Source: Chrysomallon squamiferum | Lineage: Eukaryota; Animalia; Mollusca | Assembly (NCBI GenBank): GCA_012295275.1 | Contig: CM022667.1 | Coordinates: 11,160,001-11,224,000, forward strand | Direction: 5' to 3' | DNA: 64,000 bases | In this document: positions 48,194 to 60,341 of the stretch, piece by piece | Numbering within the stretch: position 1 is the stretch's first letter | How the letters are laid out: every line of letters starts with the position of its first letter | Notes under the pieces: model-generated | Database searches by the model: none | Told to the model about the DNA's origin: nothing | What the model saw: the letters and a program-made list of their open reading frames with translations, nothing else | Position numbers and translations under genes: made by a program

Positions 48194-48462
48194 CATATAT
48201 ATTGCATTATTTTTACAGAGTTTATTATTATGCTATCCAATTTAAATAGTATTACTTTACATAACGCCAATGCTTCAAAACTGCTGAATGATTCACACCA
48301 AGATAAATAAAATTTTGTGACAAAGAACAAAAAAAGATTAATGACAATCAAACAGTTCCAAATATACATCGTTACATTTTGAAATTATTATGTCTACACG
48401 CTGTCACACATGCACCAGTGTTAATTTATACTAATTTATAACAAAACAAAAATGTATTTCAG

Positions 48463-48923
48463 CCGTGTACCTGACCTCACTTCTGTCTATCAGCACTTTG
48501 TCCGTGGGTTGTGCGGGCGTCGTTCTGAACATCCACCACAAGGACCCGGACACGGCGATCCCCAGATTCGTGAAATACTTCCTCGGGGGACCCAAGACGC
48601 GACACCCTCACGTTCGGGACAAAATCTCGGACACAGAGAACATGAACCAAGAGACTATAATCATTCACACGCAGAGGAAGATCAAGGAAGACGCGGTCGA
48701 CTGCAAGTGCAACGAGAACGGGGACACTGAGATGAACAACGTGGCCGTTCACTGCCCTCCTCCGCACGAGTGCTCGAGACTGGTGCGCGAGGTCGAGGAC
48801 GTCAGGTCACTGGACGTCACGTGGCACGTGATAGGCAAGTCGTTGGACGGGGTGCTGTTCTGGGTTTTCTTTATCGTGACGAACACAATTACAGGGATAG
48901 TTCTCTCCCTTTTCATTAGCTGA
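48463..48923 (+). CDS. nAChR-like receptor, last exon (M3, cytoplasmic loop, M4). Full join 8017-8071, 40359-40501, 43893-43937, 46891-47000, 47448-47989, 48463-48923 = 1356 nt, 451 aa
   Basis: M3 ends VVLNIHHK, followed by W..IGKSLD.VLFWVF and M4, then TGA. AATAAA at 48994-48999. Confidence 0.96.
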
Positions 48924-49602
48924 GAGGAAGTGATGCAAATTTAGTGTCATTCTAGTGCCCATAAATATTTGCCTTGTCTTATTCGACAAGATAAATAAAT
49001 GTTAATAACTGAAACAGAGAGCTTGTGATTGATAAGAACCATGTGCCTAAAAAAAAAAAAAAAAAAAAAAAAAAATGAATAAAAGAAAAAAAAAAAGAGA
49101 GAGAGAAACTCCACGACATATGTGTAAGCGATGTTCTGTTTTAGAGCGAAGGCATCAAAATTCCTAAGGAATCTTGAAATTGGACGTCGAATCGCAGTCG
49201 TAAATAAACAGAGGCATAAACCTAATTAAATAAGGAGTTATTATTTGGCCGTTAAAAATGACGTTGAGCAGTGAGTGATTCGATCTAGAAGTTTGCTAAA
49301 ATGCAGACACGTTATTTGAACTTGAATGACGGACGTACGGATTAAAGACTTTTGTTCTACGGAGTTTCTACGGTCCGGATTCTGTAGAGATGCAGGAAGA
49401 CTTACAGTGGGAAGCGAACAGGATATAGAGCATAAAAGTTCTGCTAACAATTACGGATTATTTCCAGTGTTGTTATTATTATATATATATATACTAACTT
49501 AGACATGGTTTCAATTCTGAAATATTTCAAACTGACGAGTCGCTGCTTCATCAGAATTTTTCTTAGTTTTTCCTTTCCATGATTCATTTCTAATATACGT
49601 GA

Positions 49603-49714
<112 letters not shown>

Positions 49715-50191
49715 CATATATTTTCAATTTCTATACATCACGACTATTTTTTTTTATTTTTTTTTATTTGTGGTACATCTTCGCGTCATCATGGTTTCGT
49801 GTATATAAATAAGTCTCATTTTTTTTAAATATATGTAATGTTTTGTTCTTATAATTGTTACCTCAAAGTACTCTTATAGCAATTTATGTTTTATTTTCTA
49901 GTTTATTGTCTTCATTTCTTCTCAGAATGAAATTTATGATTGTTTTATTTAAAAGCCACAACAAGAAACATAATTAGAAGTACATGAACATGATAGAGCA
50001 CATAAAAATGCTTTTAAATACACAGAGAAATCGCAAAAAAGAATTAATTCCCAGTATATAAAAATATATGTAGAAACAAGGATTTGACATCCACGATGCA
50101 CCTAATTCATATTTAGTGATTTTCAAAACGTTTGTTTTTTTTTCTTTTTTTTCTAATTTCTTGTTTCTTATATTTATTTGTTTTCATTTGA

Positions 50192-50246
<55 letters not shown>

Positions 50247-50487
50247 TTATTTATTTTTTTTAAATTTTGTTTTCATATGGTTTATGCATTTATTTATTTA
50301 TTTTTACAAATTATAATTAAGGTCAGCTACTGAGTATAAATAACTGATAAATTAAAAACGAAATGTAAATCGTCTTTTCTTTTAAGTTCTCTCTTTTCCT
50401 GGAGGGCGTATACTTATTATTATGTTTCAAAATTGAGGACTTGGCTAATTTTGTTTTCCTTTTCTTTTTGCTTGGAGAAAAGTGTTG

Positions 50488-50529
<42 letters not shown>

Positions 50530-52321
50530 TTATTATTATTATTATTTTTTTTAAAACGTTTTTTATTTAACAGTGATAATTTACATTTTCATGTAAATAG
50601 ATTATGAAACTTCACATAGAGATCATTTTTATTTAAACATATGATTATTGGCGTGCCTCTTTCTATATCTGTAATTACGATTGTTTCGAGTAGTCTAGAC
50701 AAACTGTATTGGCGTGAGTGTGTCTGTCTGAATGTATGTATGTATGTACGTCTGTCAGTATGAGTATTAATTTATCATAGAAATTAGCAATTTTTTTTTT
50801 TTTTTTTTTTTGGTTTTCCACCTGTGTCAGTATATTTACGCATATTCCGTTTTCCTTTCCTTTCATTTTTTTTTATTTTTTTTTTTAAATTCGCTTTTTT
50901 CTTTTGTTATTTTTTCTTTCTCGCGCTTTTTAAACTGCTTTCTTTTGTCTGCAGTTATAGAATTGGCGCTTGAAAGAGCGATGAAAAAGTCTGTCATCAA
51001 GCGAAATTGTTATCTCCCTTCAGACATCTGTCAAAATGGCAGCCTCGTTGCACCAAAGTCCACCAGCCTGTTGTAAACACAATCGCTGATCAGAACTAGA
51101 AATATTAATCTTTAGGATTAGTGATCGATTCTTGCAGGGGCAAGATTCGTACGACCCGTCTAGTACAACAACATACTTCGATTTAATCTTTTATATTTTG
51201 CCTTGGCGTTATTTAAAAAAAAAAAAAAAAAAAAATCGTTTTTTTCAACTGAAAACCAATTCAAATTTTGTCTGCTCTACATATTATTAAGAACTCGAAC
51301 AAATTATTCCAGGGGCAGAATGTTCATAGGAAGAAATTATGATGCGCAGTGCAGATGTACACGAATTCACTTAATTAAGAAATGAAAATATTGTTGCCGA
51401 TACCACCACGGTACCATCACAACAACCACTACCACATCACAGCGACTACTACCACAGCTACTACTACTATTACTGCGGCTAGAAAATACGAATGCTGATA
51501 ACAATAAACAAAGAAACAAACAAATAAATAAATAAAATGATAAATAATTGTATTAGACTCACCGCAAGGGAAACGTAAAGGAGATGACATCAACAGTCTA
51601 AACCAGTCTTGTAAATCGTCAAGAAATTATTACAATATTTACAAATAAAGCTTCTGGAATTGCCGCTCAAGTGGATACTAAGTGGATACCAAAACCAATT
51701 TATTACACAAAAGCCACTAAGATACAGAAAACATTTCGGAAAACCGCAAAAGGTCAAGGTCGTTTATAGAATTTTTTTAGCCAAAGCGATACGTCATGAC
51801 TTGTTCGGTTTTTCGCGGAGCAGATAAGAAAACCAGACGTCTATTTCCTCTTTACGGTGATTAATCCAAACAGAAACCTAAAAATTCCAGACGCCTTTTC
51901 ACAAAGATGCGGACGTATATTTTGTAGATGTAACTAAAAGAAAAGACATTGCCAGCCTTTTCCTTTTTGTGGAGCGTACGACAAAACTGTCTACGTCGAT
52001 GGTTTATGCCGCCGAAGTCAACACATTTGCAGTTTTTAGTGTTTGTTCGAGTTTTCTTTAAACATTGCTGATGTCGACGACGTCGTTTCCCGTTTCCTCT
52101 GACTAGGATGTAAGTTTTGATAGAAGATGCAGCTTTGGTGTTTGGGTAAATACATTAAATGTGCAGAAATGTCTGTTGATGAAAACATTAAAAAGCAATG
52201 ACCAGCTTGGACAAGCAAAACATTACTCAGACAAATCAGCCGTTTGGTTTGATCCTTAGCAAACTGTGACACAAGATTATATAAAATTGCTTTGATCATA
52301 CACATACATATACACACACAA

Positions 52322-52394
<73 letters not shown>

Positions 52395-53616
52395 AGAGAG
52401 AGAGAGAGAGAGAGAGATTTTAAACACATACAAAATGATCAGCTATAATAATTATTCCATAAAAACTAAATCACCTCTGTTAAACAACAACAGAAGCTTA
52501 TTTCTTGAGATATGTTGTAAAACCATCTAAAATAAAATAATACTGAAGCATGTTCTGAAAAAGAAAAAAAATCTGAAATAAGTACTTTTTTGATAGATTA
52601 AGTTGTCAAACTCTAATATTCACCTCTATATAAATCTATTTCTGAGTATTTAGTTAACAAGCCGATTAAAATAATTTTCTGTATCTGCTTTGGCACTGTT
52701 TGGGGTTTTGTGTGTTACCATTATTGTAAAGGCATTTAATTATTTCTTACGACAGATCCACTTCCTGCTGTTTTCAGTTTTTGTTGCTGTTTTTTGGTTG
52801 TTGTTTTTTTCTTTTCTGTTTTCTTTATGTCTTAAGCATGCATAAATATTAACAAAGAGAGATACACACGAACACATTTAAAAATTATTTTTTAGGCAGA
52901 CATACAAACAGATATAAGTGTTTTTCCATGTAGAGAAGTAGAAATCTTATCACAACCATACATAAATACGCGCAAAAACAGATGGATATAATATAATGAA
53001 GGAAATTCTCTTCAACTACCTTCTGTTTGTCTGTTTACATAGCTTCCTTTCTTTGTCTTTTCTGTAACTTCTAATCATTTCAACCATTCAGAGATATCAT
53101 TTAGTTAGTTATATGGTAGTGTTTTAAAATTGTTTGTTATTAAATTATATCACATTTATTAGCAAAATGTTAACTGTAGATTCTCTATTATACTTACTAA
53201 TATATTTTCATTTTATTTGTTTTGTTCGTTGTTTTGTTGATTAATGTAATATACTATCCACCTATTGTAAATAAAACATGCATTTAATTTCTTAATATTG
53301 TTGTTTTGGCTTTGTTATTTAAACACACACATCCCCACCACCCGACAAAAAACAACAACAAACAAACAAAATACACAACAAAAACAACTAACAACAAAAA
53401 ACACAACAAAAACAACTAACAAAAGTAAAACTGCAACAGCAACAAAAGCAGCTGCAATCACCACGTCCACAAGAACTACAACAACAACAACAACAACAAC
53501 AATAATAATAATAATAAAACGAAAAAACACAATAATAAAAAATAAAATTAAAAATAAACTTGTTTATTTATCTATTTATTATAATAATAATAATAATAAT
53601 AATTATTATTATTATT

Positions 53617-53651
<35 letters not shown>

Positions 53652-53724
53652 GAATATGTTTAAAAATATAATATAACCATATACTAAAATCAAAATAAAC
53701 AATAAAACCAACAATAACAACAAC

Positions 53725-53762
<38 letters not shown>

Positions 53763-53915
53763 GACGATGGAGTATTTATAAGGCACGGTATGCACGTGTA
53801 TTTCGAGCGACATATACAAGAGCAACTATCGCCAAATACTGTGTCAAGTTCATTTCACGTCAGTGACATATCGCCGGAGTTTACAGAGACCCTGAGACTG
53901 AATAATTATAATATC

Positions 53916-53993
53916 ATGGCACACGTTGTTGTTCTTGCTGTTGTTGCATTAGCGTTGGTGTTGTCATGGTGGCGTGTAGAGTGTAACATTCAA
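53916..53993 (+). CDS. ZP-C-domain membrane protein, exon 1 (signal peptide MAHVVVLAVVALALVLSWWRVECNIQ)
   Basis: Hydrophobic signal sequence and a phase-0 GTAAGT donor at 53994. A TATA-like TATTTATAA lies at 53773-53781. Confidence 0.8.
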
Positions 53994-54641
53994 GTAAGTG
54001 TATTTACATTTGTTCATTAACAACTGTTCGTTTGTATCTAACAAATACCAACAGGGAATCGTGAATTATGTACCCAAGAGATGAGTTTTTAACCATCATG
54101 GCAAGATTAGTATGTTTCAATATTTTTTTTTTTTTTTTTTAAACCGTATTGGTAAGAAAAACCGTCCGCTGATGTAAAGATTTAACTGTCCTTGACAATG
54201 TTGGGGTTAGGAAGTGTCGCACATACGTCTGCTTGTACTTTTTATTTTTACTGATGTAGGCAGGTTTCAAATGCTTGAATAAATTAGTTCTGTGTTGTCG
54301 GCGGATGATCCGGTCTTGCATTGCTTTTAGCCGGTCGGTAATATTGTTAGGGATTTTTGCCAGCAGTTACAATGAAAAATTGATAACCTAATTCTGTTCG
54401 TTTGTCTACCAAAGGAATAAAGTGTTCTGTAAGTGAAAGTGTGGATTGCGAATTTATCACGCACTTTTAACTAATGGTTACTGTTTGTACTTTATGCATA
54501 GAACCTTCTTAAGTATTCTAAGGATTTGATTAATTTAAATAATAATAATAATACTTTAAAAAAAAGTTGTAGTAATAGTAGGAGAGGCAAAAACAGTTTA
54601 ATAATAATAATAATTATAATAATAATAATTATGGTGGTGGT

Positions 54642-54709
<68 letters not shown>

Positions 54710-54853
54710 TCTCATAGCCAGTTCGAGTCAATATTATTATTATTTTTTTTTTTTGATCAATTAATAAACTAATTGAATTATTATTATTATTATTTTTTAA
54801 TCGAAGAGACGACGAACGAACTTAATTTAGATATAAATTTTGTGGTATTTCAG

Positions 54854-55588
54854 AACGTATCGCTTCTTGAAGATGTCGACAAAACTTCAAGTAACTCCAA
54901 AGTAAAGGTTACCGTTCAAATAACCGATGTTGACGGGCGAATATTTGGAAAGGACTCGGTGCCATTTGGAACAGACATTAGACTGAAGCTGGCATCGGAT
55001 GACAAGAACAAAATGGTGTCAGTTATCCCATACTGGTGCCAGCTCGTATCTCTGAAATCAAAACGAGGGCTTGTCATTTTGCAAAATGGCTGCGGAGATG
55101 GCGTTATCTTTCCTCCAACCAGTGGATTTATTATTGACAAAGGAGCAGCCATTAGTCCGGTGTTCAGGGCATTCGACTTTTCTGACGACAATCACGTAAA
55201 ATTCCGTTGTAAATACGTAACAAGCTCGTCTGTCGACTTCAACAACTCCTGTAACAACCGATCATCTTCGTATGTTCTCAAAACTGGCAGTTTATTTCCC
55301 AGAGATCAACCATCATCGCCGGCACATGACAAGGGAGATGATTCTGTGTCACCTCAATCTGTGGAGACCAGAGTTATCGGTCTTAGGCTTCCAGAATATT
55401 CGTCGACTCCAAACGACAAAAACTCGTCGTCGACAACAGATGTTGAATACGTGAATTATCCGCTTTATCTGCGCAGACTGATGTTTATATTGGCTTTCTT
55501 TGGACTTTATCTCTTCATTATTGCCGTCTTTATTTCTTTGCAGATCGAGCGGAACAAGCTAGAGAGTCTCAATAAAATCAGTGTATAG
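54854..55588 (+). CDS. ZP-C-domain membrane protein, exon 2 (vitelline-envelope ZP / VERL-like C-terminal module plus TM helix); 270 aa in total
   Basis: Phase-0 TTTCAG acceptor. The motif ILQNGCGDGVIFP..GF…SPVFRAF…V.F.C resembles abalone vitelline-envelope ZP proteins. A Ser/Asp-rich stalk precedes the TM segment LMFILAFFGLYLFIIAVFISL. Confidence 0.85.
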   Translation, partial: NVSLLEDVDKTSSNSKVKVTVQITDVDGRIFGKDSVPFGTDIRLKLASDDKNKMVSVIPYWCQLVSLKSKRGLVILQNGCGDGVIFPPTSGFIIDKGAAISPVFRAFDFSDDNHVKFRCKYVTSSSVDFNNSCNNRSSSYVLKTGSLFPRDQPSSPAHDKGDDSVSPQSVETRVIGLRLPEYSSTPNDKNSSSTTDVEYVNYPLYLRRLMFILAFFGLYLFIIAVFISLQIERNKLESLNKISV

Positions 55589-56061
55589 GAGTTTTCTTCA
55601 TTTCTTTTTGTTAGTAGTGGAGCGTTTCGGTTGTAGTAGAAACAGTGCTAGATGTAGTAATAATAATATAATCGGTAGTAGTAGTAGTAGTACTAGTGGT
55701 AATGATGGAGGTGGCGGTACTAGCAGTAGTAGCGGCAGTAGTGCAGTTGTAGTATTAATAGTAGTAGTAGTAGTAACTGCAAAAAAAGAATAGTAAAAGT
55801 ACTAGTGGTGGTAATAAGTAACAGTAGTAGTAGTAGTAGTAGTAATAGCACTAGTAGTGACAGAAGTATTACTACTTACAGCAGTATTTATTTAAGGGAA
55901 GAAAAAAAAATGAAAATAAAACGAGAAAAAATTAAGTAATATGAAACATTACGGTAGATTTAAGGAAACACTGAGCAAGTAGATAATACTGTAGTTGTTG
56001 TTAAATGAAACGGTCAATTAAAAAAACACCCAAAAAGAACCTTCCGCAAGAAAAATCAAAG

Positions 56062-56119
<58 letters not shown>

Positions 56120-56173
56120 CAGAGAGAGAGAGACAGACAGACACAGAGACAGAGACAGAGAGAAGAAAATTAT

Positions 56174-56817
56174 AACATGATCCTGTTCATCTCGCTGAAT
56201 TAAAAATAAAATAAAATAAAAATAAAAAAATTAGAAGAGGAAAGCATAAATGAGTAATAAAACAAAATTCAACTGACGTAAAAACAGCAACAATCGATTT
56301 AAAGATCTGTGAGTCATACCAAAACTCTTTTCCCAAATGACTGTGAAATGACGCAGCATGTTTTTAAAATACTTTTATTTTACTGTAACTACGTCAGCGC
56401 TGTGACGCATGGCGTCTGTTTTCACATATTTTTCCCGAACTGGCATGTTCCCAACTGGGTCGATTAAAAGCAGTAATCCATGGTAATAAAAATAAATGTA
56501 CCTCGATGCTCTTGGATAAGGCGGTAACTTATATTTATAGAGGCAAGAAGTATTATAAAATTAAATAACAATGGTGATCATACATTCTGTTGTGTCCTGT
56601 TTATACGCCTTTTAAATCCATACTATTCTTAATTTAGTTTTTCTTTAAATATATATATCTACAGTTAACCCATACATTAAAAAGTACGAATGAATGCATG
56701 AATAAATGAATGAAATAATAAATGAACAAAATGATCTTAATAATTAAACTCTTAATCAAGAGTTTTAAATATTAAATGCTGGATTAAATTTTAGCATTTT
56801 TATTTAAGTTTTTGTTT

Positions 56818-56896
<79 letters not shown>

Positions 56897-57292
56897 GAGG
56901 AGGGTGCGAGAGAATCTGCTTGAAAGGGGGAAGGAGAGAGAGAGCGAAAGAGAGAGAAAGAAAGAGTGAGAAAAGCAAGTGAAATAGAAAATGGAAACAT
57001 GATACTGTTCATCTCGTTAAATCAATAATTAAAAGAAAATAAGAGAGAGAGAGACTTTCGCTTTGACTTTTACTGTAACTACATCAGCGCTGTGACTCAT
57101 GACGTCTGTTTTCACATATTTTTCCCACCTGGCATGTCCCCGACTGCGTCGATTAAAAGCAGTAATCCATGGAAATAAAAACAAAAGTTTTTGAAAACAT
57201 TTCTCAAACCCGGACACAACTCGACAACCAATCAAACAAACATCCCGGATTAATGACCTCGGGGAAACGTCCTGTTTCGCCGCTATAAAAAA
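56174..57292 (+). repeat. Duplicated upstream block, copy 1 (modules X1 56174-56482, Y1 ~56483-56821, AG tract, X2 plus promoter)
   Basis: Near-identical sequence recurs at 60342-60650, 62442-62777 and about 63190-63998. Confidence 0.93.
57093..57290 (+). promoter_or_regulatory. Proximal promoter of the toxin-like gene: AP-1 (57093), CRE-like (57100), CCAAT (57228), kB-like (57261), TATAAAA (57284)
   Basis: Motifs are visible and the TATA box is 67 nt before the ATG. All motifs are conserved in the second copy at the window end. Function is inferred. Confidence 0.6.
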
Positions 57293-57350
57293 GAAAACAC
57301 GAAATTCGACAGACAGTACCAAACTTTTCAACCCTCTTCGATTCGCAGTC

Positions 57351-57573
57351 ATGAAGGTTTTTCTTCTCATCGCCGCAGTTGTGTACGTCTGCACTGCTGC
57401 GACTTCAACGACCACCACGGCTCCCGATGTTTCAACGAGCTCCGCCGATCCACAAGTGAATGACGTCAAAGACAAATCGGAACTGTATGACGGAATCGAT
57501 CTGAATACTTTGACGGAACAGGAACTCAAGTTACTTGCTGATGCCGAAGATGAAGTATTTATCGGAGAGTTGG
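57351..57573 (+). CDS. Secreted prepro-protein with CdiA-CT-like toxin domain, exon 1 (signal peptide + acidic propeptide)
   Basis: MKVFLLIAAVVYVCTA signal, then a Thr/Ser- and Asp/Glu-rich segment. Phase-1 donor G|GTAAAT at 57574. Confidence 0.88.
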
Positions 57574-58034
57574 GTAAATTCTGTTAAAGTTTTTTTTCTT
57601 CTTCTTTTCTTTTCTTTTCTTTTCTTTCTTTTTTTTTTCTTTTTTTTTTTTCTTTCTTATTTTGTTCTTGTTCTTTTTGATCCATGAATTTTGTAAATGC
57701 TTAAAGACAACAATTTAAAAATCACTGAAAATCTTGGTACATGGGTAGTTGTAATACTGAATTCTTGCTGTTCTTGCTCTATAAATATCTACGGAAAGAG
57801 ATTACTGAAGTAAAGAATCACGTGAGATGAAAACTGTAAAAAGAACATTCATGGTAGCCATCTTTCTTTCTTTCTTTGCTGTTGTTGTATTTGTTGTTAT
57901 GAAGATTATTGATGATGATGGTAGCTGGTGTTAATGTTATCATAATCATCATCACCATTATCATTATTTAACTATTATTAGTATTATTATTGTTGTTGAC
58001 GTTCTAGTTGTTGTTGTTGTTGCAAGTATTATTA

Positions 58035-58102
<68 letters not shown>

Positions 58103-58219
58103 TCTTTTTATTACTTTATTCTATTCTTCTTCTTCTTTTTCTTCTTCTTCTTCTTCTTCTTATTATTATCATTTTAAAAAATAATAGCAGCACAAACATA
58201 AACAAAAATCATGATGATA

Positions 58220-58291
<72 letters not shown>

Positions 58292-58327
58292 GTTATTATT
58301 ATTGTTATTATTATTTGTTTTTCACAG

Positions 58328-58489
58328 ATATCTGGGGAATTAAAACGGGTCTGAAAGAGAAAGGGCGAAGAGAAAAACGGTGGATTTCTTCCCTCATGTC
58401 ACTGGGCAGAGTCTTGTTCCGCGGAGCTTCAAGAGGAGCTCTTTCGAGAGGTTCAAAAAAACGTCTTACAAGACAGTACTATAAGCAAG
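58328..58489 (+). CDS. Secreted prepro-protein, exon 2 (RREKR site + start of the cationic mature region)
   Basis: TTTTTCACAG acceptor, phase 1/1, encoding IWGIKTGLKEKGRREKR|WISSLMSLGRVLFRGASRGALSRGSKKRLTRQYYKQ. Donor CAAG|GTAAAT. Confidence 0.9.
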
Positions 58490-58544
58490 GTAAATGAAAG
58501 AATGAATAAATGAACTGTTGATGTTATTATTGTTATTATTATTA

Positions 58545-58591
<47 letters not shown>

Positions 58592-59454
58592 GTTATTATT
58601 ATTATTATTATTATTATTGGTGGTGGTGGTGTTAGTAGTATTAGTATTAGTATTAGTATTAGTAGTAGTAGTAGTAGTAGTAGTATAACAGTTACAGTTG
58701 TAGTAGCAGTAATAGCAGCAACAAACGTCGTAGAAGTACCAGGTGCAGCAGTGATGTTTATTCATTCATTTACTCATTTATTTATTTATACACAGTTCTA
58801 AATATAACCTATACTTAATGTAACGGTTGCTAACAGCAAACATCTGAAATCGTTAAATTCACTGACCAACGTCACAAACCTTAAATAGCAATTAAAGTTA
58901 GAAAATGTCTGAGATTATAAAATTCAACAGACAAATATAATGTACGTATGCAAAATATTTTATGTAGAGTTTATTTTCCCTTCCTTAGTGTCTTTTTTTA
59001 TTTTTATAAAATATTTCCTGTAACCAACTTAAACGCTCTGAGGTTTTTGAAACAGTAACATACAGAGACGCTCCTTTCACTATTCTAGGTCTACTAATAT
59101 CATTTTTTACGGTTTCCTGCTTCCGTCAGGGCTAAGCTGTGACGTGCATATGTAACATAAACCTTAGTTAATAAGCTTGTAACTCTTACTAGAGATCTAA
59201 TGATATATCTTCCTACAGAAACAGGATGGGCTCTTTCAAACTGCTATAGCTTCTGATTTCCGTGTTTGTTAGACATAGCTGACACTGAATAAAAAAAAAT
59301 TTATTTTATTTTTTTAATTTTTTTATTTATATAGAAGCAGTAGTGGCAGCTGCAGCAGTAGTGATAGTAGTAGTAGTAGTAGTAGTTGTTGGTTGTGTTA
59401 TTGTTACACTGGAAATGTATATACAAAACAAGCATAATGTACACGCAGATGTCC

Positions 59455-59506
<52 letters not shown>

Positions 59507-59681
59507 AACACAGGTCGCTTAGACATACGCGCACACACACACGAACACACATATACTCAACAATACACACACAAACGAATACAAAAACACAAATTCTGTA
59601 ATTCAGTATCTGTTTAGGACATTAAAGCAGAAGATTACAATTTGAAAACATTGACTAAAAATAATTTCATTTATTATCCAG

Positions 59682-59899
59682 GTGGCTACCGAAGTGCTCT
59701 GCGTGACTTCAGCAGACTGAAGACTCAAGGAACGAAACCGTTCACAGGCAACAATGGTCTCCGTGGATACACCGGGCGTATTGGAAACCACAAAGTTACC
59801 GTTCGTAACAGCAGCAGCAAAGGAATTCCCACCCTGGATATTCGTTCTCCCAGACCAGGAAAACACTCTTTTACAAGAAAATTTAGATACCAGAATTAG
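59682..59899 (+). CDS. Secreted prepro-protein, exon 3 (CdiA-CT-like core). Join 57351-57573, 58328-58489, 59682-59899 = 603 nt, 200 aa
   Basis: TTATCCAG phase-1 acceptor, then GGYRSALRDFSRL…GYTGRIG..KVTVRNSSSKGIPTLDIR…RKFRYQN and TAG. Confidence 0.9.
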
Positions 59900-60074
59900 A
59901 AAGAGACGGACTTTGAGAAATCAGCAGAAATGATTGAAAATATCGGTTAAAAAAACAAAATTTATAATGACCAAATTAGTGTTTGTGATACGAAACGTTC
60001 AGGACCTCGATTATCAACATCCATATCGATTTCTTTTCCCTTTTGTTCTATCTATCTATATTTCTATCTATATT

Positions 60075-60139
<65 letters not shown>

Positions 60140-60275
60140 TATTATTATTATTATTATTATTATTTTAAAATTACTGTTGTGGTAACTATACAAAATAAAT
60201 ACTGAAACTGAAATTTTGTTTGTTTGTTTGTTGATTGGAGAGAGAGAGAAACAGAGAGAGAAATAGAGGAACAGG

Positions 60276-60331
<56 letters not shown>

Positions 60332-60341
60332 GGAAAAAGAA

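Noticed and set aside
57029-57529. 166-aa minus-strand ORF
   Set aside because: Antisense shadow of toxin-gene exon 1 and its promoter.
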